Shown here piece after piece: positions 8,591 through 17,376 of a stretch of DNA of 44,750 nucleotides. Position numbers and translations under genes: made by a program. The DNA comes from Candidatus Hadarchaeota archaeon (GTDB lineage Archaea > Hadarchaeota > Hadarchaeia > Hadarchaeales > JAWBSP01). The stretch covers positions 1-44,750 of the forward strand of contig CAYYWO010000008.1 in NCBI GenBank assembly GCA_964474885.1. The letters run 5' to 3'. Numbering within the stretch: position 1 is the first letter of the stretch; the number at the start of each line of letters is the position of its first letter. The notes beneath the pieces were generated by a model, which was not told the origin of the DNA, did no database searches, and saw only the letters and a program-made list of their open reading frames with translations.

Positions 8591-8629
8591 GACAAACCTC
8601 GGATTGACCTCTTAAATACTTTTGCTCAG

Positions 8630-8716
8630 TGCGGGGGAGGGGATTTGAACCCCTGAAAGCCCTACGGCTACAGGATCTTAAGTCCTGCCCTTTTGGCCAG
8701 GCTCAGGCACCCCCGC
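8630..8716 (-). tRNA. tRNA-Leu (anticodon TAA), no intron, CCA not encoded
   Basis: GCGGGGG acceptor stem, anticodon arm CAGGA-CT TAA GA-TCCTG, long variable arm, T-loop GGTTCAAATCC, discriminator A. Confidence 0.97.
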
Positions 8717-9037
8717 TATCATTTATCTAAATTCTCACTGTTATTTTGCCCGCTACTCTAATTCCCGTTAAGGGGGGATCAGCTTTCCAACCTTCCTGGA
8801 CGGAGCAGTCTCGGTGGATGTTCTGAGTTACTTCTTTTCCTGAATGTCTGAAAAGGCCAGAGGTGCTCGAAGACTCTTCGGGCGCGGAGATTTTTGCATG
8901 CTCGCTAGGATCTAGCAAATTTGTGGCCGAAGATCGCAAAAGCTATTGTCGGAGCGTTGATTCGTAAATCTGCTCTAAAACAGAGATGTTCACAATCGCT
9001 GATGATAGTCTTTTTTAAAGGTTTAAAGTATTGATAC

Positions 9038-9397
9038 ATGGGTCAGGGGGCAACAGAATATTTGTTGATTCTCGCGGCAATCCTTGTTGTAGTTGCAGTG
9101 GCAGTATATTATGTCACAAAGGTACCCGGTGCACCGACCATTGTTGTTAAAGTATGGGTAAAGCCTGATAACACAGTGTGGATTAGAGGTGAGACAGGCT
9201 GCACTAAGACAAATTGGGTTTTCTATTATATGAAGGCGGGAGAAACAGCTTGGCATGGACCAGTAACGCATGACATCGGACCAGGGCAGTGGATTCAACT
9301 TCCAGATTTGACAGGTCAGGTTGCACCAGGTGACGTGGTTACTCTGAAGTGGGATACGATCGTTGAGAACTACATAGTCAACCGGTATACTGCCTAG
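9038..9397 (+). CDS. Class III signal peptide (type IV pilin-like) protein
   Basis: N-terminus G|QGATEYLLILAAILVVVAVAV with a +5 Glu, followed by a beta-rich domain. TTTAAA boxes at about 9014-9027. Confidence 0.8.
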   Translation: MGQGATEYLLILAAILVVVAVAVYYVTKVPGAPTIVVKVWVKPDNTVWIRGETGCTKTNWVFYYMKAGETAWHGPVTHDIGPGQWIQLPDLTGQVAPGDVVTLKWDTIVENYIVNRYTA

Positions 9398-9534
9398 CCA
9401 AGGTGGAACGAGGGAAGACTTGGAATCAAGATGACCAGTGGGGTGGAATATGCTCCGAGTTTATTCCGATGAAGCAGAAATCGAATTTTACTCAACCCCC
9501 AAGAATGTTATCTAGTTCCCATTCTAGATAGTTC

Positions 9535-9648
9535 ATGGGTAAGAGACCAAGGAAGTGGAAGAAGAAAGGCCGAATGCGGTGGAAATGGAGGAAAAAGCGG
9601 ATGCGAAGGAAACGGAGGCAATTGAAGCGCAGGGTGGGAGAGATCTAG
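9535..9648 (+). CDS. rpl41e: Ribosomal protein eL41 (eS32), 37 aa; below the ORF-track cutoff
   Basis: Translates to MGKRPRKWKKKGRMRWKWRKKRMRRKRRQLKRRVGEI, containing the eL41 core MRWKWRKKRMRR. Confidence 0.92.
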   Translation: MGKRPRKWKKKGRMRWKWRKKRMRRKRRQLKRRVGEI

Positions 9649-10541
9649 CGCAAGAGACAGAATTCCAGAACACTCTTTGCCGAGTGCAACCGGTTTTCAG
9701 CCTGCTGGAAGGCTAGACATCTTTCTGAGTAAGCTACATCGGCAGTGATTTCCTGACCGATTCTCCAAGGCTGGCAGTGAAGGACTACAGAATTTGTTTT
9801 GGTTTTCTCCAGCAGCTGGCGGTTTACTTGGTACTTCGGGTAGAACACCCTCATCCTTTGCTCGGCTTGGGTCTCCTGGCCCATGCTTACAAAAACATCG
9901 GTGTAGATGACATCACAGTCCAAAACGGCCTCTGAAGGTTCCCTGCGCACCTCCACCTTCCCTCCCATCTCTCTAGCCTTATCCAGTAGTGGGGGATCAT
10001 AACCTTCAGGGATGGAGAGGACAAGCTCCAACCCCAGCAGAGCACATGCCAAACACAGGGAATTGCAAACATTGTTCCCATCCCCGACCCAAGTTAACCT
10101 CAGACCTTCAAGTTTTCCGAAGTGTTGTTTCAAGGTAGCTAGATCAGCTATTACCTGGCAGGGGTGTTCCAGATCAGTTAGGGCATTTATTACTGGAACA
10201 CTTGAATGCTTTGCGAACTCTAGCAGCTCCGTGTGTTTGTACAATCTCATGATAACAGCGTGTACATACTTGGAAAGCACGCGAGCAGTATCGGCGATGG
10301 TCTCTCCTCTACCCAGCTGGAGCTCGCTCCAGCCGAGCGAAATGGGGTGCCCACCCAGTTCATTTATAGCAACCTCGAAGCTCACTCGAGTTCTTGTGGA
10401 AGGTTTTTGGAAAATCAGGGCGATGCATTTTTCTCTCAGCGCTTTCTCTCCCACTTTTCCCTCCTTGAAATCGATGGTGCGGTCAACTAACTGGCTTAAT
10501 TCCTGTGGGCTTAGATCAGCGATCGAGAGCAGGTGCCTCAT
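9645..10541 (-). CDS. argF: Ornithine carbamoyltransferase
   Basis: STRT, HPCQ, GDGNNV and YTDV.VSMG motifs; in an operon with argB and argD. Confidence 0.95.
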   Translation of the reverse strand: MRHLLSIADLSPQELSQLVDRTIDFKEGKVGEKALREKCIALIFQKPSTRTRVSFEVAINELGGHPISLGWSELQLGRGETIADTARVLSKYVHAVIMRLYKHTELLEFAKHSSVPVINALTDLEHPCQVIADLATLKQHFGKLEGLRLTWVGDGNNVCNSLCLACALLGLELVLSIPEGYDPPLLDKAREMGGKVEVRREPSEAVLDCDVIYTDVFVSMGQETQAEQRMRVFYPKYQVNRQLLEKTKTNSVVLHCQPWRIGQEITADVAYSERCLAFQQAENRLHSAKSVLEFCLLR

Positions 10542-11725
10542 CGTACTCCCTTAAGGACTTCCTCTAGGGTTGAAGTTAATCCGTTGATGTGTTTTTCCTC
10601 AATTATGAGAGGGGGAACGAATCTGAGGACGTTTCCCCTAGTACAGTTGATTAGATACCCCCTCTTGAAACATTCTTCAACGATCGTGGAAGCCGTCTTG
10701 TCATCCCAGATCTCGACACCTAGAAGCAACCCCATCCCCCTCACGTCCTTGATTATACTGGGAAATCTCTCCGCCAGCTCTTGTAGTCTTTTTTTGAAGA
10801 AGGCGCCCATTTTCCCAGCCCTCTGAGGTAGTCGCATACGTTCGACGGTCTTGATAACCTCAGTAGCTACCGAGCAGACGAATGGGTTTCCGCCGAAAGT
10901 GGAGGCGTGATCTCCAGGACTAAAGGAATCCATGACCTTCTTTTTGGCACCGAGGCAACCAATGGGGAACCCGCCTGCTAAGCCTTTTGCAATTGTGATC
11001 TCATCGGGGTCGACATTCCAGTGCTGGCATGCGAACCACTTTCCAGTTCTCCCCATTCCCGTTTGGATTTCATCCAGTATTAGCAGAACACCATACTCCT
11101 CACACATCTTCCTTACAGTGGGAAGAAAGTCTTCAGAAGGAACATTGACTCCCCCCTCTGCTTGGATGGGCTCCATGATCACAGCAGTCGCACCTTTCTT
11201 CAGCTTCTTCTCCAGTGAGTCGGGGTCATTGAATTTGGCGAACTGGATTTTTTTGACTAGGAGATCCCGGAAGGGTCCTCGGTAAGAGGGGTTCCAGGTA
11301 ACGGAGAGGGAAGCAGCGGTCCGACCGTGGAAGGAACCCTGCATCGCTATTATTTTCCCCTTTCCGGAGTGTTTAACGGCCAGCTTCAATGCAGCTTCGA
11401 CGGCCTCGGTTCCAGAATTGCAGAAGAAGAACTTTTGTATCCCCCGCGGGCAGATCCTCGCTAGAAGCCGAGCCAGCTCAGCTTGCTCCTTAATGTAATA
11501 GAGATTAGAAACATGTACAAGCTTTTTCACCTGCCGGTTCACTGCTCGAATGACTGCAGGATGTGAATGCCCGAGGATGCAAACCGCGATACCTGCCACG
11601 AAATCTACATACCTCTTACCCTGCACATCCCAGAGGTACACCCCCTTTCCCCTTGAAAAAACGACAGGAGTCCTTCGGTAGGTTTTTGCTATGAATTTTG
11701 AGTATGATTCGAGCACATCACGCAT
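10538..11725 (-). CDS. argD: Acetylornithine aminotransferase
   Basis: NSGTEAVE, SFHGRT, EPIQAEGG, DEIQTG.GRTG, AKGLAGG and HASTFGGNP motifs. Confidence 0.93.
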   Translation of the reverse strand: MRDVLESYSKFIAKTYRRTPVVFSRGKGVYLWDVQGKRYVDFVAGIAVCILGHSHPAVIRAVNRQVKKLVHVSNLYYIKEQAELARLLARICPRGIQKFFFCNSGTEAVEAALKLAVKHSGKGKIIAMQGSFHGRTAASLSVTWNPSYRGPFRDLLVKKIQFAKFNDPDSLEKKLKKGATAVIMEPIQAEGGVNVPSEDFLPTVRKMCEEYGVLLILDEIQTGMGRTGKWFACQHWNVDPDEITIAKGLAGGFPIGCLGAKKKVMDSFSPGDHASTFGGNPFVCSVATEVIKTVERMRLPQRAGKMGAFFKKRLQELAERFPSIIKDVRGMGLLLGVEIWDDKTASTIVEECFKRGYLINCTRGNVLRFVPPLIIEEKHINGLTSTLEEVLKGVR

Positions 11726-12599
11726 CTTTGGTTATCATTGTGCCGACCCCCTTGTCCGTCAGCAGTTCAAGTAAGAGCACATGGGGTACATGCCCGCTCA
11801 CTATGTGCGCAGCCTCTACCCCCCCTTGGACAGCCCTGATGCAAGCCTCCAGTTTTGGTATCATACCTCCTTTGACGATCTTGTTCTGGATCAACCCGCT
11901 TACTTCGGAAATTGGTAGTTTGGATATAACTGAGGCGGGGTTGTTGACATCCCTCAACACCCCCGGGACATCTGTGACGAGGATGAGCTTTTTTGCTTTC
12001 AAGGCTTTCGCCAGCTCAGCGGCCAGTGGATCCGAATTTATGTTGAGAGGTCTTCCTTCTGCATCAACTCCGATGGGTGCGATTACAGGGATGTAGCCCG
12101 TATTCAAAAGGTAGTTGATCAAAGTCGCATTTACTTTCTCAACCTCACCGACGTATCCCAGGTCTATCTCGACCTCTTTTCCGTGCTGGTTCCTTCTTAA
12201 AGTCAGCTTTTTTGCTTGAATGAGGTTTCCATCCAAACCTGTCAGCCCAACGGCTTTCCCGCCAACCCCTGCTATAATGGATACTATTTGTTTATTCAGC
12301 TTCCCCGCCAGCTGTTCATGTAGAACTTCGAGCGTCTCTTCGTCCGTTACCCTAAGCCCTTCGATGAATTTCAGAGGCTTGCCTAGTTTTCTCAGCTCTC
12401 TGCTCAGCTCTTTCCCTCCACCATGAACGAGCACCGGTTTCATGCCCACATAGCTCAGCAGGACGACATCCTTGAGCATAGACTTGAGCAAGCGCTCGTG
12501 GTCGATGATTTCTCCCCCGATCTTTATCACCATGGTCTTTCCGTGAAAGCGTTGTATGTAGGGCAGTGCCTCAACCAAAAGCTTTGCTTTCTCCTCCAT
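11718..12599 (-). CDS. argB: Acetylglutamate kinase
   Basis: EALPYI, VIKIGG, VHGGG, GLRVTD, NIN.D and GGMIPK motifs. Confidence 0.95.
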   Translation of the reverse strand: MEEKAKLLVEALPYIQRFHGKTMVIKIGGEIIDHERLLKSMLKDVVLLSYVGMKPVLVHGGGKELSRELRKLGKPLKFIEGLRVTDEETLEVLHEQLAGKLNKQIVSIIAGVGGKAVGLTGLDGNLIQAKKLTLRRNQHGKEVEIDLGYVGEVEKVNATLINYLLNTGYIPVIAPIGVDAEGRPLNINSDPLAAELAKALKAKKLILVTDVPGVLRDVNNPASVISKLPISEVSGLIQNKIVKGGMIPKLEACIRAVQGGVEAAHIVSGHVPHVLLLELLTDKGVGTMITKDA

Positions 12600-12653
12600 G
12601 CTTTTCTGCTCTCCCCATTCTTTTTAGTTTTGCCCCCTGCACCGGATGGCTTG

Positions 12654-13334
12654 ATGATGCATCTAGTTCTGGCTGAGGCGGAGGTGGAGCTTGTACCAGC
12701 TAGCATTTCCTCGCACCCGGCAGTTCGGGCCCACGCCAGAAGGAGGGGGAAGAAGGCGACCGAGCAGCTCCTCGACTCGAGCTTCCATCATTCCGCCATG
12801 CGTAAGCTACCTGAGGCCGAGAGAAGGGGAAGGCCGGATATCCTGCACCAATGTTTGCTGCTGGCACTGGATTCGCCACTCAACAGGCAAGGGCTGCTCC
12901 GCGTCTATGTCCACACTCGAAATGATGAGGTAATACATGTAGATCCCTCCACCAGGATCCCGCGATCCTATCATCGCTTTGTCGGATTGATGGAGGATCT
13001 TTTCAAGCGTAAGAGCATCCCCCCCGAAAAGCCGTTGCTCCGCCTCGAAAAGAAAAACCTAGCGAAGCTCCTAGGCGATTTAAGCTCGGATAGAACAATC
13101 ATTTTCATTGAGGAGGGGCATCCTACCAAGTGGAGAGATCTATTCAAACAGGAGACAGTTACGGTAGTAGTTGGATGTTTCCCACATGGGGATTTTCACT
13201 TCAGCTGGCGGGAGCTAAACTGTGAACCTGTCTGCGTGGATCCGGAGCCATTGGATGCCAGCACTATAGTGGCTAGGGCGATCTATGCCTTTGAGGATTC
13301 AATAGGCTTGTGGGAGAAAAGGTTTGAAAGATGA
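12654..13334 (+). CDS. nep1: 16S rRNA pseudouridine N1-methyltransferase Nep1
   Basis: LLDSSFHH.AM, RRGRPDILH, R.PRSY.RF.GL and G.FPHGDF motifs. Start reassigned from the 12423 ORF call. Confidence 0.93.
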   Translation: MMHLVLAEAEVELVPASISSHPAVRAHARRRGKKATEQLLDSSFHHSAMRKLPEAERRGRPDILHQCLLLALDSPLNRQGLLRVYVHTRNDEVIHVDPSTRIPRSYHRFVGLMEDLFKRKSIPPEKPLLRLEKKNLAKLLGDLSSDRTIIFIEEGHPTKWRDLFKQETVTVVVGCFPHGDFHFSWRELNCEPVCVDPEPLDASTIVARAIYAFEDSIGLWEKRFER

Positions 13335-13618
13335 AAAAAATAGCGCTGGAGAGGGCGCAAATTCTGCTGAGGGAAGCGGAGCGAGTTTTTGATAGGGATA
13401 GAAAGCTGGCTGATAGATATGTTCAACTAGCTTGGCGTATCCTGACCCACTGTAAAGTCAGGCTACCACGTTCTCTCAAGTACACCTTCTGCAGGAGATG
13501 TCTAACCTTCTGGAAGCAGGGAGTTACGTGTCGGGTGAGGATCAAGAGAGGCATCAGGGTCATAACTTGTCTGAACTGTGGGAGAGTCTATCGGGTACCG
13601 TTCAAGGGGAAGGGATAA
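13331..13618 (+). CDS. rnp4: RNase P protein component 4 (Rpp21)
   Basis: IALER, A.RYV.LA and the FCRRC...TCLNCG Zn ribbon. Confidence 0.93.
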   Translation: MKKIALERAQILLREAERVFDRDRKLADRYVQLAWRILTHCKVRLPRSLKYTFCRRCLTFWKQGVTCRVRIKRGIRVITCLNCGRVYRVPFKGKG

Positions 13619-13650
13619 GTAGGTTTTGATAGTTCCTTACTAGAGGGAGT

Positions 13651-14079
13651 ATGACATCACCGGTTCTAGAGGTGCCGCCTGGACCGTTTCTTGAGAGGTT
13701 AAAAGAGAGATTGAAACAGTTCCCCGAATTAACCCCTCCGCCCTGGAGCTATTTTGTCAAAACGGGAGTTCACAGGGAGAGGAGGCCGGAGCAACCGGAC
13801 TGGTGGCATATGAGAGCGGCCTCGATTCTGAGACGCCTTTACTTGGATGGTCCAGTGGGAGTGTCTCGCCTGCGAACCTACTATGGTGGTAGGCAGAACA
13901 GAGGGCAGGCTCCCGAACACTTCAGGAAGGGAGGAGGAAAGATAATTAGAACCATCTTGCAGCAGTTGGAAAAGGCCGAGCTGGTGGAGAAGGTCGGCAA
14001 TAAGGGGAGAAGACCGACGAAAAAGGGAGTGGAGTTACTGTATGAGGTGGCAGCCGAAACCAGAAGGAGGAGAAAATGA
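13651..14079 (+). CDS. rps19e: 30S ribosomal protein eS19
   Basis: PPWSYFVKTG, P.QPDWW..RAASILR, YGG and G.IIR.ILQQLE motifs. Confidence 0.97.
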   Translation: MTSPVLEVPPGPFLERLKERLKQFPELTPPPWSYFVKTGVHRERRPEQPDWWHMRAASILRRLYLDGPVGVSRLRTYYGGRQNRGQAPEHFRKGGGKIIRTILQQLEKAELVEKVGNKGRRPTKKGVELLYEVAAETRRRRK

Positions 14080-14423
14080 GTGAAGAATACACTGACGAGG
14101 AGTTGGAAGAAATAAGGCAGAGAAAATTGCAGGAGCTTCAGGCTAGGTTGGAAGAACAGCGGAGGCAGGAGGAACTGAGGCAGAGATTGGAGGCGGAGAA
14201 GACAGCACTTCTTCGGCAGATCCTAACACCTGAGGCGAGGGCTAGGTTGACAAACATAAAGATGACGAGACCAGACATCGCTGAAAGATTAGAACTGCAG
14301 CTGATTCAGTTGGCCCAAGCGGGGAAGATAGTCAGACCCATAACCGACGAAGAGCTGAAAGAGGCTCTGGCCAGGATGTTTGCGAAGAAAAGGGAAACTA
14401 AGATAAGGATTCTACATGGCTAG
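14076..14423 (+). CDS. PDCD5-like dsDNA-binding protein
   Basis: ELEEIRQRKL.EL, ILTPEARARL and ITDEELK motifs; usual position after rps19e. Confidence 0.93.
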   Translation: MSEEYTDEELEEIRQRKLQELQARLEEQRRQEELRQRLEAEKTALLRQILTPEARARLTNIKMTRPDIAERLELQLIQLAQAGKIVRPITDEELKEALARMFAKKRETKIRILHG

Positions 14424-14571
14424 ATTTAAGCATCCAGCTAAGAAGAAGAGGCTGATCAGGGCCCACAAGCTCACCCGCCGGGCACCAGTTTGGGTGATAG
14501 TGAAAACGAGGGGGAGGATCAGAGGTAGCGTGAAACAACGGAGCTGGAGAACCCACCGTATTAAGCCATAA
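14416..14571 (+). CDS. rpl39e: 50S ribosomal protein eL39, 51 aa; below the ORF-track cutoff
   Basis: Translates to MARFKHPAKKKRLIRAHKLTRRAPVWVIVKTRGRIRGSVKQRSWRTHRIKP; TAATG overlap with rpl31e. Confidence 0.95.
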   Translation: MARFKHPAKKKRLIRAHKLTRRAPVWVIVKTRGRIRGSVKQRSWRTHRIKP

Positions 14572-14819
14572 TGCCGGAAGAGAGGATTTACACGGTTTCC
14601 TTGAGGGATCCCGAGTCTAGGCGGAAAAAAAGGACACCCAAGGCGATCAGGAGATTAAGGGAGTTCATCCAGAGGCACATGAAATCCCAATATGTCATCA
14701 TAATGCCAGAACTGAATGAGCGGGTCTGGGCTAGGGGCATCCAAAAACCTCCTCCTCGGGTCAGAGTCAGGGCAGTGAAAAGAGATGACGGTGTGGTGGA
14801 GGTATATCCCGCTGAATGA
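14571..14819 (+). CDS. rpl31e: 50S ribosomal protein eL31
   Basis: ERIYTV.LR, KR.PKAI, RHMK and LNE.VW.RGI..PP motifs. Confidence 0.96.
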   Translation: MPEERIYTVSLRDPESRRKKRTPKAIRRLREFIQRHMKSQYVIIMPELNERVWARGIQKPPPRVRVRAVKRDDGVVEVYPAE

Positions 14820-14822
14820 AAA

Positions 14823-15482
14823 ATGCCCATCCTGAAAACTCTTTTTGAGAATTCACCTTTTTTAGGTGTGCTCGGTTTTGTCACAGATAAATTCGCCTTG
14901 GTGCCCAACCTCAAGATAAAGAAGGAGCTGTTGGAGCAGGCATTGGAAGTGGAGATACATAGAGCGGAGGTTAATTCCTCCCCATTGTTGGGCATTTATT
15001 TGGCCGGCAACTCAACAGCCACCATTGCACCGTATCTGATGAGAGATGAGGAGGTCAGGAGGCTGAGCGAGATCGGGATACCGCTGCACAGGTTTAAAAC
15101 GAAACTAACGGCTTGGGGGAACCTCTTGTTGGTCAACGACTACGGGTGCATCGCCAGCCCCCTGCTCTCGGAGAAAGACATGGAGGAGGTTAGAAAAGCA
15201 CTGAACGTCCCGCTGAGGAAGGCGACCATAGCGGGGGAGGTTACGGTGGGTTCGCTGGCGGTCGCGACCAACAGGGGCGTGCTCGCACATCCCGGCTTAA
15301 CCAAAGAGGAAGCGAAGATCATCGAAGAGACGCTGGGTGTGCCCGTATCGGTTGGAACAGCATGCAGAGGAGTTGGGTATGTGGGACTCTGCATGCTCAG
15401 CAATTCAAAGGGCGTGCTGGTCGGTGATGGGACAACGGGTGCGGAGCTGGGGAGGATCGAAGCTGCCTTAGGCTTTGTATAA
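14823..15482 (+). CDS. eif6: Translation initiation factor aIF-6
   Basis: Pentein repeats, GNL.L.ND.G, VGS..VATNRG.L.HP and TTG.EL.RIE.ALG motifs. Confidence 0.95.
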   Translation: MPILKTLFENSPFLGVLGFVTDKFALVPNLKIKKELLEQALEVEIHRAEVNSSPLLGIYLAGNSTATIAPYLMRDEEVRRLSEIGIPLHRFKTKLTAWGNLLLVNDYGCIASPLLSEKDMEEVRKALNVPLRKATIAGEVTVGSLAVATNRGVLAHPGLTKEEAKIIEETLGVPVSVGTACRGVGYVGLCMLSNSKGVLVGDGTTGAELGRIEAALGFV

Positions 15483-16535
15483 CCTCAGCGGTTTACCCTT
15501 GACCCTCAGGATGGCTGGCCGCCTCAGTCCCCCCTCTACCTGAAAATCCGCACCGAGAAACCTCTTGGCGAGTTCGATGTTTGTGAGGGTGTGAAGTGTA
15601 AGCTCGCTGGAGCCTATTTCGGAAGGGCCCTCCGCCAGCGCCAAGTAAGGTATCAGCTGATCTGTCAGATGCCTGTCGATGGCCATCCCTGTTGAGAGCT
15701 CGTCGAGGAGCTGCTGAGCCGCTTCCTGTCCCACCCTCTCAGCGGGTTTCCCCTTTTCCCCCAGCGAACTGGAACCGATGATCCCAGATTCGCAATTAGC
15801 CCAAAGAACGATCCCGCTCCCAGGTGCGATGTGTGGGTCTTTTTCGGGCGGGTAAGTTTCCACCCTGATCCGAGAATCGAGTCCAGCTTGGAGCAGCCTC
15901 TTTTTGGCTTCTGTAGCCTGCCTCTCAGCTACGTGGTGGGGGAGGCGGACGCAGTGCGAGATCCCTGAGATCTCGAGAACCTCCCCCCGGTGAACGCAGG
16001 AAAGGGGGAGGAGTTCCTCGCAGGGCTCCAAGCGGGCAACGGCGATTGCGCCACCCTTCGGGTAGTGACCCCTGCGCAGACATCTGATTGAACACTTGTA
16101 ACCGATACGCTCGAGCAAACGGAAGGTGACATTTTTCAGATAATCGACGGGAGGGGCTAGGGGAGCATCAGTCGCGCCACCCTCGAACTCTATCTCAATG
16201 GGTTTGTCGCTAGCTAGAGAGGCTATCATGAGAGGCTGGAGGACCAAGGTTATGTTCCCAGCTGTTCTGATTTTCACCTTGTATCTTCCTCCTCTCACTT
16301 TTCCTGGATAAAACCTGATCTCGGTGGAGCCCAGCCAGTCCCCTTCCAGCCTCCCTTCGCACATCCTGGCCACGGCGCGGATACCTTCTAAGTGTTGCTC
16401 TCTGAGTCCAGGATTTCTTCTCTTCGCCCTGATGTTGTACACCCTCAGAGGCTCTCCCGTCAGAGCAGCGAAACCTACTGATATTCTAATAATGCTTCCT
16501 CCTCCCTCTAGCATGCTGCCGTCTATTTCGATCAT
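15468..16535 (-). CDS. rtcA: RNA 3'-terminal phosphate cyclase
   Basis: IDGS..EGGG, NIRA.R.NPGL..QH, RG.YPKGG, D.HL.DQL and T.HT.TN motifs. Confidence 0.95.
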   Translation of the reverse strand: MIEIDGSMLEGGGSIIRISVGFAALTGEPLRVYNIRAKRRNPGLREQHLEGIRAVARMCEGRLEGDWLGSTEIRFYPGKVRGGRYKVKIRTAGNITLVLQPLMIASLASDKPIEIEFEGGATDAPLAPPVDYLKNVTFRLLERIGYKCSIRCLRRGHYPKGGAIAVARLEPCEELLPLSCVHRGEVLEISGISHCVRLPHHVAERQATEAKKRLLQAGLDSRIRVETYPPEKDPHIAPGSGIVLWANCESGIIGSSSLGEKGKPAERVGQEAAQQLLDELSTGMAIDRHLTDQLIPYLALAEGPSEIGSSELTLHTLTNIELAKRFLGADFQVEGGLRRPAILRVKGKPLRLYKA

Positions 16536-16550
16536 CAGTAAAGAAAATGG

Positions 16551-16862
16551 ATGGAGGAAAAACTGCGGGAACTCCTCCGGAAGGTGCCCCCGGGGAGGGT
16601 GACCACCTACAAGGAGCTTTCGCTCGCGCTAGGCATGGAAAAAGGCTGGAGGGCTGTGGCGAAACTCCTGTCGAAAAACACCCGTCTTGTGGAGATCCCC
16701 TGCCACCGCGTAGTCTGTTCCGACGGCAGAATTGGGGGCTACAGATGGGGTGTCCGAAGAAAAATCGCCCTGTTAGAGCGGGAAGGTGTTAGGATTGAGG
16801 CAGGCCGTGTCGATTTGGGCAAGTACTTTTTCAGCCTGCGTCGGACTGGGAGACCTCCTTGA
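16551..16862 (+). CDS. ogt: O6-alkylguanine DNA alkyltransferase (C-terminal domain only)
   Basis: VP.G.VTTY, RAV, active-site PCHRV and GGY..G...K..LL..EG motifs. Confidence 0.9.
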   Translation: MEEKLRELLRKVPPGRVTTYKELSLALGMEKGWRAVAKLLSKNTRLVEIPCHRVVCSDGRIGGYRWGVRRKIALLEREGVRIEAGRVDLGKYFFSLRRTGRPP

Positions 16863-17376
16863 GTCTCTCTAAACCCTTGATTTGTTTTATGAACTCGGCC
16901 ACGGCTTTTGGAACTAAGTGTTCCCAAGGCTCCCCTTGGAGCATCCTGCGCCTTATTTCCCTCCCTTGATATTCCTTCCGGCTGTAAGGGGGGAAGGAGC
17001 GAACCTCGAACCCGGCCTCTTTGAAAAGCCTTGCCACGAGGGGGTTTCTGGTGTAAACGACCCTGAAAGGGGGCGAGAAGGAGAGGACGTGGGAGACCCA
17101 GAGAGCATTGTTGTTGATGTCTGGGATCGGAACGATCAGGATCTTCGACAGGTCCAAGCGCATCTCCGCCAGACTCTTTAAGAGCATGAGAACCCTCTCC
17201 CCGGCCGTGAAGGGATTGTCCACTGTATGGCTCTCCTGTGCACTTCCAATCCCTATCACGAGCTCCTCGTTCTCCCAGAGTATGTGCTTTACGACCTCCA
17301 TGTGACCGAGGTGAGGGGGCTGGAAGCGCCCTATGAGCAAAGCCCTCTTTTCTTCTGTCGGTATGAAGGGATTCAT
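16831..17376 (-). CDS. nadM: Nicotinamide-nucleotide adenylyltransferase
   Basis: GRFQP.HLGH, GSAQ.SH...NPFTAGER and IR..M..G..W..LVP motifs. Start 17376 forms an ATGA overlap with the upstream gene. Confidence 0.93.
   Translation of the reverse strand: MNPFIPTEEKRALLIGRFQPPHLGHMEVVKHILWENEELVIGIGSAQESHTVDNPFTAGERVLMLLKSLAEMRLDLSKILIVPIPDINNNALWVSHVLSFSPPFRVVYTRNPLVARLFKEAGFEVRSFPPYSRKEYQGREIRRRMLQGEPWEHLVPKAVAEFIKQIKGLERLKEVSQSDAG

Noticed and set aside
8727-8939. 70-aa minus-strand ORF and small hairpins upstream of the tRNA
   Set aside because: No recognisable motif or SD, and the 5-8 bp stems are within chance expectation. Left unexplained.
9509-9530. TATCTAG-N8-CTAGATA palindrome before rpl41e
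   Set aside because: Only 7 bp and AT-rich, with no second copy noticed; cannot be distinguished from chance.
8630-9534. Integrated element at tRNA-Leu
   Set aside because: No integrase and no duplicated tRNA end seen; the odd region lies on the 5' side of the tRNA.
12423-12653. Long N-terminal extensions in the ORF track for nep1 (also the 18129, 24901, 17460 and 43215 calls)
   Set aside because: They overlap real neighbouring genes; family similarity starts at the downstream Met in each case.
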